Assembly: GCA_030141605.1 (NCBI GenBank)
Contig: JAQGDQ010000041.1
Span: 62,001-126,000, forward strand
Source: Tubiluchus corallicola
Lineage: Eukaryota > Animalia > Priapulida
Direction: 5' to 3'
DNA length: 64,000 nucleotides
In this document: in pieces, positions 50,160-62,280 of the stretch
Layout of the letters: every line of letters begins with the position of its first letter
Numbering within the stretch: the first letter of the stretch is position 1
Made by a program: the position numbers and the translations under genes
The notes under the pieces: model-generated
What the model was told of the DNA's origin: nothing
Databases searched by the model: none
The model's input: only the letters and a program-made list of their open reading frames with translations

Positions 50160-53100
50160 ATGGATGTAAATTTAAAGTGTATCTTGCAATTCTGCTTGGC
50201 GGCTGCCATGTTGTGTGTTTCGGAAACAATGCCTCTTCGAAGAGGTCGCCAGTTGCGCCAACGTAAATTACTTCCGGTTAGCGATAGTGAACGCCTTTTC
50301 ATTGAGGTACAAATTTTTGCTGTAGAGAAAGGAATTTTAGCTCTTTGCAAAAAAGACTTATAAAAAAGTATTTTATGAAGCGAGAATTGGAAAACATAGG
50401 CGACAACGTGTACATCAGTCGAACTCGAATTTTTAAAACTATTAAATAAGTCAGTTTTTTGTGTTTAATTGGCCATTGTACGAAACAATGGTTAATTTAT
50501 GTTGTCATACCTTTCAACATTGTATCATCGTCACTAATAATTTAATTACCTTGGTAGCTGCGTACAGACTCCTAGGTTGACGATAGTTGTTAATTTTCAC
50601 TAATATGCTAATTAGAATAAAATTTTTCATATAGCTGTTGATGTTGACTTTTGGAAAATTCAGGTCCAATAATTACGTGATTTATAAACATCCAATAAAT
50701 GTCCAATAAATATTTTAGAATACAATAGTAACTCTGGGGCTAGTTATTCTACGTAAGTAGCTAATTTTTTTGTATGAACTTGACCACATTGACAACTAAA
50801 TGCAACAATAATATATAACATTAGCAGCTAATATAACACTTACGTGACTTGGTGAATGCAACTTAGTCTGCGCTTTACAAAAAGCAAGGAGCATGCTACA
50901 GTAAGTAGTTAAAATAATTATTAAGTACTCGTAAATCACTATTTCCAGCAATAATTCAACCAAATTATTGGCCCGCATTACTTCGGACCAATGCTTTCCA
51001 TTACAGAATTATCTTCTTGCACTTTAAAATTAGTCAGACTCAAAATGTCACAAATGGGCAATTGTACATGCATGACATCATGATATTGTATATTGTAAAT
51101 GGTGTATATATATATATACATTTATTTATCAATTTATTCATTGTAATTGCGATTTTGTACTTTAAAAGCTGGAGTTTTCTGTAATTGTGTTTTGTACTGA
51201 ATGTTAAAATATTAGCACTAATACTAGTATACGCTGTTATAATTAGATATATAACGAATCGAATACACTTTTCTTAACAAGTAAGCCTACGCTCTATCTC
51301 AGCTTAGGTTACGATTATATCCATTATCAGTATTGGTAACATAATCTCTGTCCTCCAGAAACATCCGGATGCTAATAATACTTTAATGATATGTAATATT
51401 CTACTGGAATAACAACCTACTGCACCTGCTTGACAACAGAACCTCTTGTTTTGCGATTACAGATAAACAAGCAACTGTTAAAATGCTTTACTAAATTAAA
51501 GGTTTATATGGGACTCTCCACATTCCACTTAAAAACACAGGTGAAAAAATAATTAGGTATTTCTGTTGTAATAAATTCACTAAACTTATCAAACACATCT
51601 ATAGGATCAACTTTTAGCTAGAGGATATACGGATGAAAAACACCCACCAACGTTCACATTACAAAGAGCTCTCAGGTAGGTGAGAAGTGGTACTTTATTA
51701 CTTTAATCTGTACATTAGAAGTAACACTTTACTATTTGAATTGTATCAATTGTTGTATAAAGACTAAAACATCTTATTTAAGGCGCATGCTTGTCGGTTA
51801 CATGGAAGGTTGCGCTCTGTGGACCCAGTTTGATCTGTATAATCACAATCTGAACACAGCATTGCACTAAATAAAAAGGCTACTTAATATCCTTATATAA
51901 TATGTAGCGTAAGTGAATATACCAGCGACACCTAATATACCAGTTTATGACGTCTTGATTAGAAAAGGCAGCGTTCATTATTAGCTAAGACGGTCTTATT
52001 AGCCAATATATAACTGATGAACTTCGAGAATATTACACTTGCGTAATCCTCCGATCTGGACACGCTGGCATAAAATTATAAAAATCACTAATTACTTATT
52101 GTGCGACTTAAACTCGTGTTTCAACAAATCATGAATTTAATATAGGGCTAAGTTAGTAACAAGAATTCTGACAAGAACTGGAACAAATAACAAAAAACTC
52201 GCATAATTAAGAAATTGATAAATTATGTAAGATCACGTTGAGATTTTCTCAGCCAATTTAATGATTATCATTGCGTCAGGCATGCAGTATTGACATTAAG
52301 CTCCATTAATTGGGTTCTGCAATAATTATTGTCTGCTTTAGGCAATTTCAAGAAGATAAAAGCCTGGAAGTCACTGGGCAGTTTGACAAGAGCACTCAGG
52401 AAGCAATGCATGAATTCAGATGTGGATTTAACAAAAATCCAGGCGGTGCACTAGAAATCCAGACAATTTCTGAGCCAACCAAGCAAAGAGTAAAGAGGCA
52501 GAGTTTTAGAAGACGAAGAGGTATGAAAAAATGGACTGTTATATTTCAATAAAAGTTTCAATTATATTTCAATAATATATCAAAAGCACCGCAGAAGCAA
52601 TCATAAGTCTATCATAACTGCTATTCTGGTACGAAAATGGCCTGTTATTTGACAAGAATGCACTTAATTAGCCACAATATCATTAAAATCTTCATTACCC
52701 GTAACTGAGATCTTTATATGGTACAGAAATAACCAGACACTTATTGTTGCGTCCTTTGAGATCCCTTAATAGTTAACAGATATATATCTGAAAATACCAA
52801 AAAAATCTTGTCATTTAATAGTTTGAAGCTTACTGTTCACATCAAGAATGATACGAAATTGACACTTTATAGACAAACTTTGTTTATACCATACGTGACA
52901 ATGGTGACGATCATGACACTTCCCTCCTATGAAAAAAGAACAATAGTTTATTCACATTGACTGCAAACAGCCATTACGTATCTCCAGGGCCTTATGCGGC
53001 TTTTAGTAATTTTGCTAAGGAACTTGCTCATTATGGCTGTTAGAAGAAGTGAGCAGCTTATTAACTCAGAGTTGACAACTAATATTCTAACCTACTCCAT

Positions 53101-56100
53101 TTAGTGCATTAAATCTAATAACATAACATCTAATCAGTTACCCACTAAACGAGGAGTCAGATCTTAATTCACCCTTTATTATTCTTAATTTTTGTGTGCA
53201 AGACACTGTACAACATTCAGGATACAACTTAATATTCTACGTGGAGATCATACAAGCCTTTTCCAGAATTTTTACATTACAATAGTTTTGACTGATAAGG
53301 CAAAATAATACTAACATGTATGATTCAAACTAAACAGATAGACTTCAAATTTAAATGAAAAGAAATGTGAACGGTATTGATGGTCAACCAGTTAAGCAAC
53401 TAAAGAACATAATTTTTTAAATATTACACTACACGAAAATTTGGCTGGATTTCGCACGTAAACACGATTAACTTAAAGACTGTAAAAGTGTATATAACTA
53501 CATGTATCTACAAAATCACATTCAATAAGTCATAACTCTAAAATTCTCGATTTTAATATATTAAAAATATACAAGCTATCAATCAGATATCAATAAATGG
53601 GACGCTTTAAGAGAACACGTTTAGTACACAAAAGTTTGCCCAGGTTTTGAAAGGCATTCATTCTTTTTTGCATATTAGTAGAAACAGGAATTGCTCTGTG
53701 CCGTTTTACTCTACGTGCCCCAGTCATTAACGACATCGAGCTTCTACATTTTGCCGTAATGTGTGGTGACCTTCGCCTGTAATATGATCATTGCAGACAA
53801 TCTTTTCACTCCATCGAATCTCCAGCCTTTTAACATTCATGTACCACATCTGTCATCTCATTATCACTGCCTTATATTCATACTTAACTTACCATTTGTT
53901 CGGTATTAATCGTACCCGAGCCTTCGAACAATTTCTTTTTACCTTGAATAGAATCAAGCCTTACTGTAACTTATACGTGTAGTATAACTGTAAGTTTTCA
54001 TCTCATTCAATGTTGCCAACTAAAATATTTTGAAGCATTTACCTAATTAATTGCACAAATATAATACGAATTTACTAATAAACTAGATCAAGAAACAATT
54101 AATTTAGTTTCCAAGGTATTGTATTTCTGTTAAGTTTCTGTTGGTGGTGTAATCTAAAAGAAGAGCTATTAGTGGTGTTGCGTGTTCTAGAAGAAGTCCT
54201 ATTAGTAGTAATTGCATGAAGCTACCCAAAAACACTCTTTTCGATCACTTAACCTGGTTAAAAATCACGCAATACTCAGAAATGGAAATTGAATTTTATT
54301 TGATTTTTTTTATAAAAAAAATTAATATTTCTCCAAAGGGCGTAGAAGATTAAGAAAAGGCAAAAACAAACAGGCGACTCAAGCCGAGGCATCTACCAGA
54401 ATTCAGGACTCACCTCAGATAACAAGTAGGCTCATGATACTAAATTTTCTTCTAGTTGTAGTCTTTTGAGGTTTGCATGCTACTAATTTAATGGGGACAG
54501 TAATGACGGTGATGGAACTGATATTATTATTATCATTATTGTGGTGAGGGAGTGGTAGTGGTGACAACACAAGACAGTGAGTGGTGTGGACGATAATAGT
54601 GCTAGTATCGTGGCAATACTGTAATAATAGTAAGCTGATCGTATTGCCTGAGGAAATCAAGAGTATGGTACAGGATCTAACAATGACAGTGATGGTAGTG
54701 GCGTAGACATTGTGGTAATTGCAATATCAGGAGCAGATGTGTTCGGGAAAACGATAGAGGTAATGCAAGCACTAAGGAGTCCAATAATACTATTGGCACT
54801 GCATCTGCTCCTCTATTATCAATAAATGTTATTGTTGTTCATGACGACGACGATGATAATGATGATGATGAGACGTAGAACGATGTGGTGCAGGAGAAAG
54901 GAGAAAAAAGAAGGAGGAGGAGAAAGAGGGTTACAAGGAGGATTGTGATGACGTTTGTTGTCCTGGGATGGAAAGCGATTATCACTTACTTTTTTCTTAT
55001 TGTAGTTGAATTTTTAGCAAGATGGTGGACCGAGTGTGATTTAACTTGGTCAATTCTTAATGACCACGCCCTGCGTGACCCTGCTGATGTCAGGTAGGCA
55101 CCAACCTATGGTTTGTATTCATTTTAAATGAAATTTTGTTAGGGTTAAGCTTTAAGATTCTTGATACAATTCGGTACACTGCAAGCCGGAATTCACCATT
55201 GAACAGCTTGACCTATTTTAGCGTCAGTGTATGTGGCGATACCGGACCTTAATCAAGGCTAACTCTCTCAGGCACCAAATCGACAGACTCACATTCTAGC
55301 ATAGTCCCTAAATAAACCCGCGCGGTACTGATATGACAGAGTCACGTTTTGACCGTCTGATTACGCTGTTTAAATTTCCAGTACACATTTTCCAATTTTA
55401 GGTGTGCTTGTAGCTTTCGCAATAAAATTGAAAAGATTCGCGATGAAGGCTTCTACATATGTAACTATTATAGTGATTTAAGACACAGCTAGTTCTGTCA
55501 CATCAATGAAGTTTTCTCAAACGTTATGAATCTCACGGTGCAGGAAAAATTATATTTTTGATGAATGGAAACTGTTTTTAAGATCTGAAGGTACTGTCTT
55601 ACTGTACGTCTCAAAGGGCACTCACTTTTATTCATATTTTACGGCACATTGCCTTTGCGTAATATTAATGCTACATTGTAGAAATTTAAGATTTTTCATT
55701 TAGCATTATTTATTTATAGGGAGTCAGTTAGTCGAGTATTTCAGATCTGGGGCCGTGCTTTAGCAAACAGTCGCGAACGGAAACTCTCATTTACTGAAAC
55801 AAATGATACAGACGCCAATATCGTACTAAGCTTCACCCCTAAGCAACATGGGGATAGCAACGCCTTTGACGGACCAGGTGGGGTCCTCGCCCATGCCTTC
55901 CTGCCCACGGTCAGCCGTCATCTCAACGGGAAGCTGCACTGGGATACGGATGAGGACTGGGAGCAAGGGGCGTTGGCAGGGAGGTTGTTCTACTACATTA
56001 CGTTGCATGAGATTGGTCATGTTCTGGGCATGCAGCACTCCAACGAATTTGATGCTGTGATGTATCCTTTCATTGGATCACGTCACGCTTCTCGACGAAG

Positions 56101-57096
56101 TCTTACTCAAGATGATATAAACAAACTCAATGACTTATATCGTAAGTTTTCTTAATGAACTATTCTTATTGAGAATTTTGTGGTTTTCCCGTCGTTACGT
56201 TTTTTTTTTACATTATTTCCCTAGTCTTTACGCAGGCACTATAATGGATAAGGCTTACCGGTCTTGAACTGTACAATAAGGGAGAAAGTCCTAAGAAAAA
56301 TTTAATTATATATATGGGAACGACGCAGTCTTCGTTTTAGTTTTGGAAAGATTTTTCCAACATTCGCCAAACACTGCACGAGCCAAATGCCATCCATGCT
56401 GAGGGAAGAAGAAAAGTAGAATAGCTAAATGATGCAAGTGAACAAACAGCTTAATAAAAAACAAATTTAGACAAATCGCTCAACTATATTACATTAATTC
56501 AAGCATACGGTAATTAACTATTCAGTATATGAGCTAATTATTAAATTAACTGGACATGGAATTAAATTAAGCTGTTTCCACGTTCATTTGACGGCCAATC
56601 GTGTTCTCTGCCTCTGTAAAGAGATTTCTTGCATTCTAATCTTGGGAGAAAAGTGCAAAATATTTGACGCATCTTTACTGGATGTTTAGAATACACTTTG
56701 GGATTGGCAAGGATTTTAAAATTGCAAAAATTGTAATGAACAAAAACAAGTTAGTTACAAAACTGACTCACATAGTCGACAGATCACTCATATAATTGAC
56801 CATAGGCATAAAAACTTTAGTCATAATAATTGATTAAGCTTTTTGTAAGCGAATTTGCATATCAATACAGTCGAAACTCCTGAGCGTGTGGGACACTAAT
56901 ACTACTGCAGTCATGAAACGGGTGCCGATTCCGTACAGCTTCTTCAGTTAGTTTCTAAATTAAATGCAGTACTTAATAAGATGTTAATGGATTAATCATC
57001 AGAAAGTTTTATCTTTTTGCAGCTAAACGATGGTGTGAAAATCTGTTTGAAGTGCCGACTATCGTCTTCAGTTTACTTGCTCTGCAGAACGCTTAG
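50160..57096 (+). CDS. Matrix metalloproteinase (M10A), minimal architecture without hemopexin domain (~326 aa)
   Basis: Exons, phase-consistent, 981 nt: 50160-50306, 51605-51675, 52342-52520, 55006-55093, 55720-56141, 57023-57096. Signal peptide; prodomain ALRQFQ...LEVTGQFDKST..AM; switch FRCG; furin site RVKR; catalytic HGDSNAFDGPGGVLAHAF, HWDTDEDW, HEIGHVLGMQHS; Met-turn AVMYP; LTQDDI..L..LY. The terminal exon is the least certain. Confidence 0.92.
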
Positions 57097-57629
57097 ATAT
57101 TTGTGGTAGGACCAATTCTATACGCCTTTAATCAACAGTCTTCCGAGTCTCCGGCACAAAGATCACGCGTCTGCAGAGCACACCACGGAGTGACAGTTAA
57201 CATATGATTCTGAAGCTTATGAAGCTGACAGAGTGTCCCGTCGATTCTTTGTAAATTGTAATATTTAAAAAAACGATTAATATTCTTGTAAATATTGTAA
57301 ATAAGAAATTGTTTATCATGCTGGCTGGTTTCGTGTATCTTTTCAAATATCCTAATCTACCCAAACCACAAGCATTTTGCACTGTGTGAAATGCCAAACG
57401 CGTGCACCAATTATCTATAATGCCGAATAATCTGCATAGTGTTTGTTTGCTGTTGTAGTACGCTGACGGTTAACCGCTTCTATCACCAGAGTATACTGCG
57501 CCAACAAATGAATTATGCCAAATAGGCAAAAAATCCAAAAGGCTTAACAGGGATTTTCCGCCCGTTGTTTCTTCTGGGTGTTCCGAAAGAAAAAATAACC
57601 TCCTTGTATCCGTCTCGGTGGCTCTAGTA

Positions 57630-58792
57630 CAGTGGTTCCCAAAGTAGGGGTAAATTACCCCCCGGGGGTAATATGGTTTTTTTGGGGGGGTAACGGGCAC
57701 ACCTCTGAAAATTTTTAAAACTTCGCTCGGAATGCATTTTACGTAGTTTTCTTCTTGAAGAGACTGCCTCCGGCAGGCAACACTGTGTCAGTTCTCCGAC
57801 AACGAGTGGCTATGTCGGTTGTGCTACTTGGCCGATATTTTTGAGGAGCTCAACAAAGGGAACCTTGCTCTTCAGGGAAAGAACAGCACCATACTTGATG
57901 TGCGTGGGACCATCTCGGCATTCATAGGAAAACTCAAGCTGTGGAGCAGAAGGGCATCGAAAGGCGTCATGGCGCAGTTTTCTCATTTGGATCAATTCAT
58001 CGAAACTAACGAGCAAGGTGAAGAACTGCTGGAACATGTAAAGCTGGAAATAGTTGAACACCTCAACGAGCTCGTCCAAAACTTGGAACGGTATTTCCCG
58101 GACCTGGAAACAAGATCCTTACAGTGGTGCGTACAGCCCTTTTTGGCGGAGGATGGTCAAATTGAAGACGACGATTTCCCAGCTAAAGAAGAGTGGATTG
58201 AACTGAGGCTCAACGAGGAAAAGAAAATGAAATTCCAGCAGCAGAACCTGGAAGAGTTCTGGATAGGAGAGATGGCCAGTTCACCAGTCCTTGCAGAACG
58301 GGCATTGAATATTCTCATCTGTTTTTCAACAACGAATCTGTGTGAACAAGGTTTTTCGTCCATAATGAACATGAAAACAAAGAAAAGAAATAGGTTGGAC
58401 GTGGAAAGCGATGCATGCGTTGCTTTGAGCCTGACGAAACCCAGGATTGAGAAACTGGCGTCCGTAAAACAGGCTCATCCGTCCCACTAACTGAGATTTT
58501 GTTGTTGTCATTCATTTCTTCTTGTTTTCGTTTGTTCGAGTAATAATTACTCGAACGAACCTGCTCACTCAGTAATGAGCAGGTTCAGTAATTGTAATTC
58601 TTGTTTTGGCAACAATACAACAACAACCTGGAAATTTATTTATGTCACGAGCAAACATAAATGATTTTGCTTGCTTGTGGCATGTACGTGTGTTTACTTT
58701 TTGAGTTGGAGAAGTAGTACTAGGTGGGGGGTAATGGACACAACCGGGTTTCCCGATTTGGGTAACGGCCCGAGAAAGTTTGGGAACCACTG
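57630..58792 (+). mobile_element. Internally deleted hAT DNA transposon, Buster/Charlie (SPIN-like) type, 1163 bp
   Basis: Perfect 14-bp TIR CAGTGGTTCCCAAA / TTTGGGAACCACTG. Identical 8-bp TSD CTCTAGTA at 57622-57629 and 58793-58800, with central TA as in the Buster target consensus. Subterminal GGGTAA repeats. Confidence 0.97.
57792..58490 (+). pseudogene. C-terminal fragment of Buster-type hAT transposase (ZBED5/FAM200-like)
   Basis: Open frame FSDNEWLCRLCYLADIFEELNKGNLALQG...AFIGKLKLW...ERYFP...FW..LAERALNILICFSTTNLCEQGFS..MKTKKRNRL..PRIEKL...QAHPSH. The BED finger and N-terminal catalytic Asp residues are absent. Confidence 0.9.
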
Positions 58793-60924
58793 CTCTAGTA
58801 TCATGAAAGCAAAATTTCATTAAAATTCATGCAGTCGTTCGACCGTCCATAAAGACCAAACACGCGCAAACTCGGCTTGCTTAGTAGTACTGGTGTTTTC
58901 CTTGAGAAATTCCAAAACGAGAATGAAAAGTAGATTAGACTCCAAGTAAAATCACGTAAGAAAGTATGGAAATTTAAACAGTTAATACCTAATGTAAAAC
59001 GAAATCGTTCTCTTACTTTTAAAGGTCATATTAAACAAGGTAATTAACGATGGTAATTAATGCAGATACTGTAGATAGTCTATATATGTATACAGACAGC
59101 ATGATATCACATACATATATATATACCTGTTCTATCTGACATCTAAATATGTCCAACTTTGTTTTGACAATTAAATGATATTGTAGCTATTCCACAAAAT
59201 TTCTACACAAGAGTCGAATCCTTACATATGGGTATGAAAATTTTGTTATTTTTTTTAAAATATTACTAATTGTACTGATAGGCGTGAATACCCCCCCCCC
59301 CCCTCCCCCCTGGAAAGCCGACTTTTCTGCCTGAGAAATTTTCATACAACCTTATCAACCTTAACAAACTTCATTTCCTTGTAGATAGCAGCGTGCAATT
59401 CCCACATATTCTCAGACCGAATGTTGCTTTTAGAATTCTGCAAAAAAAGTCCTGATAAATTTGGCAAATATTCTTGGTCATCGACGCCTTCCGAGAAACA
59501 AATTATTTTTCAGGGGTAATCTATGTATCTATAGTAGAAACACTGTATTACTCTGCTGCTCCTTTAGTGAAAGGATGTTTGCATGCTGGTGGTTTATGTA
59601 CCAGAAAAATTTGTTGGCTTGAACATTGGATTTATAATATAAAAACAGCATCATCATCGTGTAAGGACCGCTGATATTAGTCACCAACTGTGTGCGAAAC
59701 TTGAAGGATAATTATTAAACAGTAACCTTTTGTGATAACACAAAAATACGTTTGCCAAAAATTGGACAAGGGGTACCTATTGCCACCCTTATAATATCTT
59801 ACTCGATACAACGAATATCAAATTTCAGGAGATGACACACGCTTGCCATTTCGAAATCCGAATATGGAATTTGTTGCAGTTTTAATACAGATCTTTGTAA
59901 ATTTAAATAAAACAGTGTTAAAACTGGCTACGTAATGCTGTCCAATTTCATAACCATAGAATTTCAGAAATCATTGATTTCCTTGGCAAACTTAAACGTT
60001 CATGGTGTTTAGTATTGATCGGCTGAAGCACAGGGACTAGAAACTTTACAAATTCATAGATGCGTGCTTTTTACAGATCGGATTTTTTAGCAAAAATCGG
60101 AAAAACCGAAAAACAGTTATAAAATGTTAACTTAGTAAAAATAAGATTAATAACGCGAGCGGATCTACGGACGATGCAAAACACCAGTTTCCAGAAATTG
60201 GACCGTTCTTACCTTTTTATAAGTTTCTAAATGTGTCTTGCATACTATCGTAGTACAGTCTGGACATGTCTTTGGTTTTATTTCCGCTATTAAGAATATG
60301 ACCTAGTTTTTGTACATTACTTAATAAATAAAACACGACTCAAGGTTAAAGCAAGCAATAAACGTGGCACACTTTAAGGTTGAATATTGTTAATTTATTT
60401 GTTTATCGATCACATTACATAGATTTCCAGATGTTATATGCAACGCGTCACCGTAATAACGTATAACATTTCTACAATTACTCAATTAAGGAATTATAAT
60501 AAAGAGCTTAGTCAAACTCTCTATGCGTATTAGGTATTGCAATTAGAACTGAATTCTGAAAACAGAGAACACCTGTCGACAATACACACAAAAGATATTT
60601 AATAAGAAATAATATAACACCAAACATGGCCATAAAACTTTATTCTGAACGGTTCTGAATCTGGACGTTCCCTGAAAATAAATTAGAAAGAAAGAATGTT
60701 ACACTTTAGTTTTCAATACGACATTTTACAGTAAACGTGTGGGTGCGGTTTTGTTATAGTTTATGCTTGTTTATATTATGTATATGATTTCTTGTTGCTG
60801 TTATCCTTCATGGTGGGTTTTCGTTCTATTATTAATTAATTTAGCATTCAAACTACTATATGTTTTTGTGGCTTATAATTTCAATTTCTAATGTACATCC
60901 ATTCTGTTTTTCTTTGTTGGTTTG

Positions 60925-60970
60925 ATCTGCTGAGAATGGCTGCTACGACAGCCGAAACGTCGAGAATAAA
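60925..60970 (+). ncRNA. Degenerate Penelope-type minimal hammerhead ribozyme motif
   Basis: CTGAGAA-T-GGCTG-ctacga-CAGCC-GAAAC-GTC followed by AATAAA. Stem II is perfect; the core deviates from CUGANGA and stem I is imperfect. Confidence 0.4.
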
Positions 60971-61508
60971 TTTTTTAGCTATGTTTACTGCTTCGTTGGT
61001 TTGTGTTTACTGAAAAATGTCATATTGAAAATTAATTTTAGTATGAAATATTATAAAAAAATGATTGTAGTGCAACTAACATATAAATATAAGTTATTTA
61101 TTCCTAGTTTTCTTTCAGTGAATGTCCCATAATAGCCTATTATTTAGATTAAATCATGAGTTTATGGCCATAATATATTTTAGATTAAATGGTGGGCATT
61201 TAGTTATAAAATTAAGCTGACATTTAAAGCAACCATGCGTCAATTCACCAGCGAGTAGCTGAATTAGAAAGTTCACTATCCATCTGCGTAATTACTGATT
61301 TTAAAAATGTTTGAATACGACAGTTTCCATTGCAGACAGAGAATTACGCAGCTTCTCATTACGAGTACTAAGAAAAGAGCTATTGGAGACTGAGTAGTCG
61401 TCGAAGTTTTGAAATTCACGCTTCCCCGGAGATTTTGAATTCGGTTGTTTTTCTATCATTTCCTAATGATGTGGGAATTATGGCTGTGAAATGCAATGAA
61501 AAGGAGAA

Positions 61509-62239
61509 TCAACGCGTAGGCTTATTGTTGTTTTCTTTCTTGAATTTCATTCGTCGGTTCTGAAACCAAATTTTCACATGTCGTTCCGTCAATTGAAGCC
61601 ATTGAGCCAGTTCCTCTCGTCTGCTCTTACTGATGTACTTGTTCATATGAAATTCCTTTTCCAACTCCAGCAACTGAAAGGGAGTGTAGGAGGTACGGTT
61701 TCTTCGCGAGGTGTCAAAAATGCTTAGTGCAGCTCCTGTAACAATAAAAATGGCGAGTTGTTTTTTTATTTTCTTTTTTCGTTTTGTTTCTTTTTCTTTT
61801 TGTTTACTTTTCTCCTTTTCAACCCTCTTTTTTGTTTTTGGTCTGCATATCTGTTCGTCCGTTCATTCATAATCTATCTGTTCGTATGTCTGACTATCTT
61901 TCAATTGTCTATCGTTGCCGATCTACCTTTCTGCCTTTTTATTTTTACTTCTCTTTCCTCATTTCATTTTCTTTTTCCTGCTATCCTCTTTCCTTTTATT
62001 TTCTTTTTTCTATTATATTCTTTCATTTCTTCGCTTTTCCCAAGTGACAGTATCCCAACACCGAAGGAGGAGTTTTTTTCGCGCATAATAGCACCATTAC
62101 GCCTACCAGTTATGGAGAGTGTTATTGGCGAAACCGCCGAAAGTCAGTAGCCATTTGGTAACCAGGCCCGTTGATCTTTAACTGCACTGTTTCAGATTTT
62201 GTTATCAAAGCATCGACTTAAAGGGTTCAATGGTATATG

Positions 62240-62280
<41 letters not shown>

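Noticed and set aside
2540-50160. Splice acceptors just upstream of most start codons (2558, 19150, 24606, 26497, 50100), suggesting spliced-leader trans-splicing
   Set aside because: Plausible upstream cis donors exist (e.g. 25645, and 47237 with a TATA box), so ordinary 5'UTR introns explain the pattern. 5' cDNA ends would be needed to decide.
57097-61500. Possible hemopexin exons continuing the MMP
   Set aside because: No hemopexin-like open exon was found on the + strand; the phase-matched exon at 57023 ends in a stop.
61758-62150. Phe/Leu-rich hydrophobic ORFs resembling membrane proteins
   Set aside because: T-rich low-complexity sequence of the Xlox intron read on the opposite strand.
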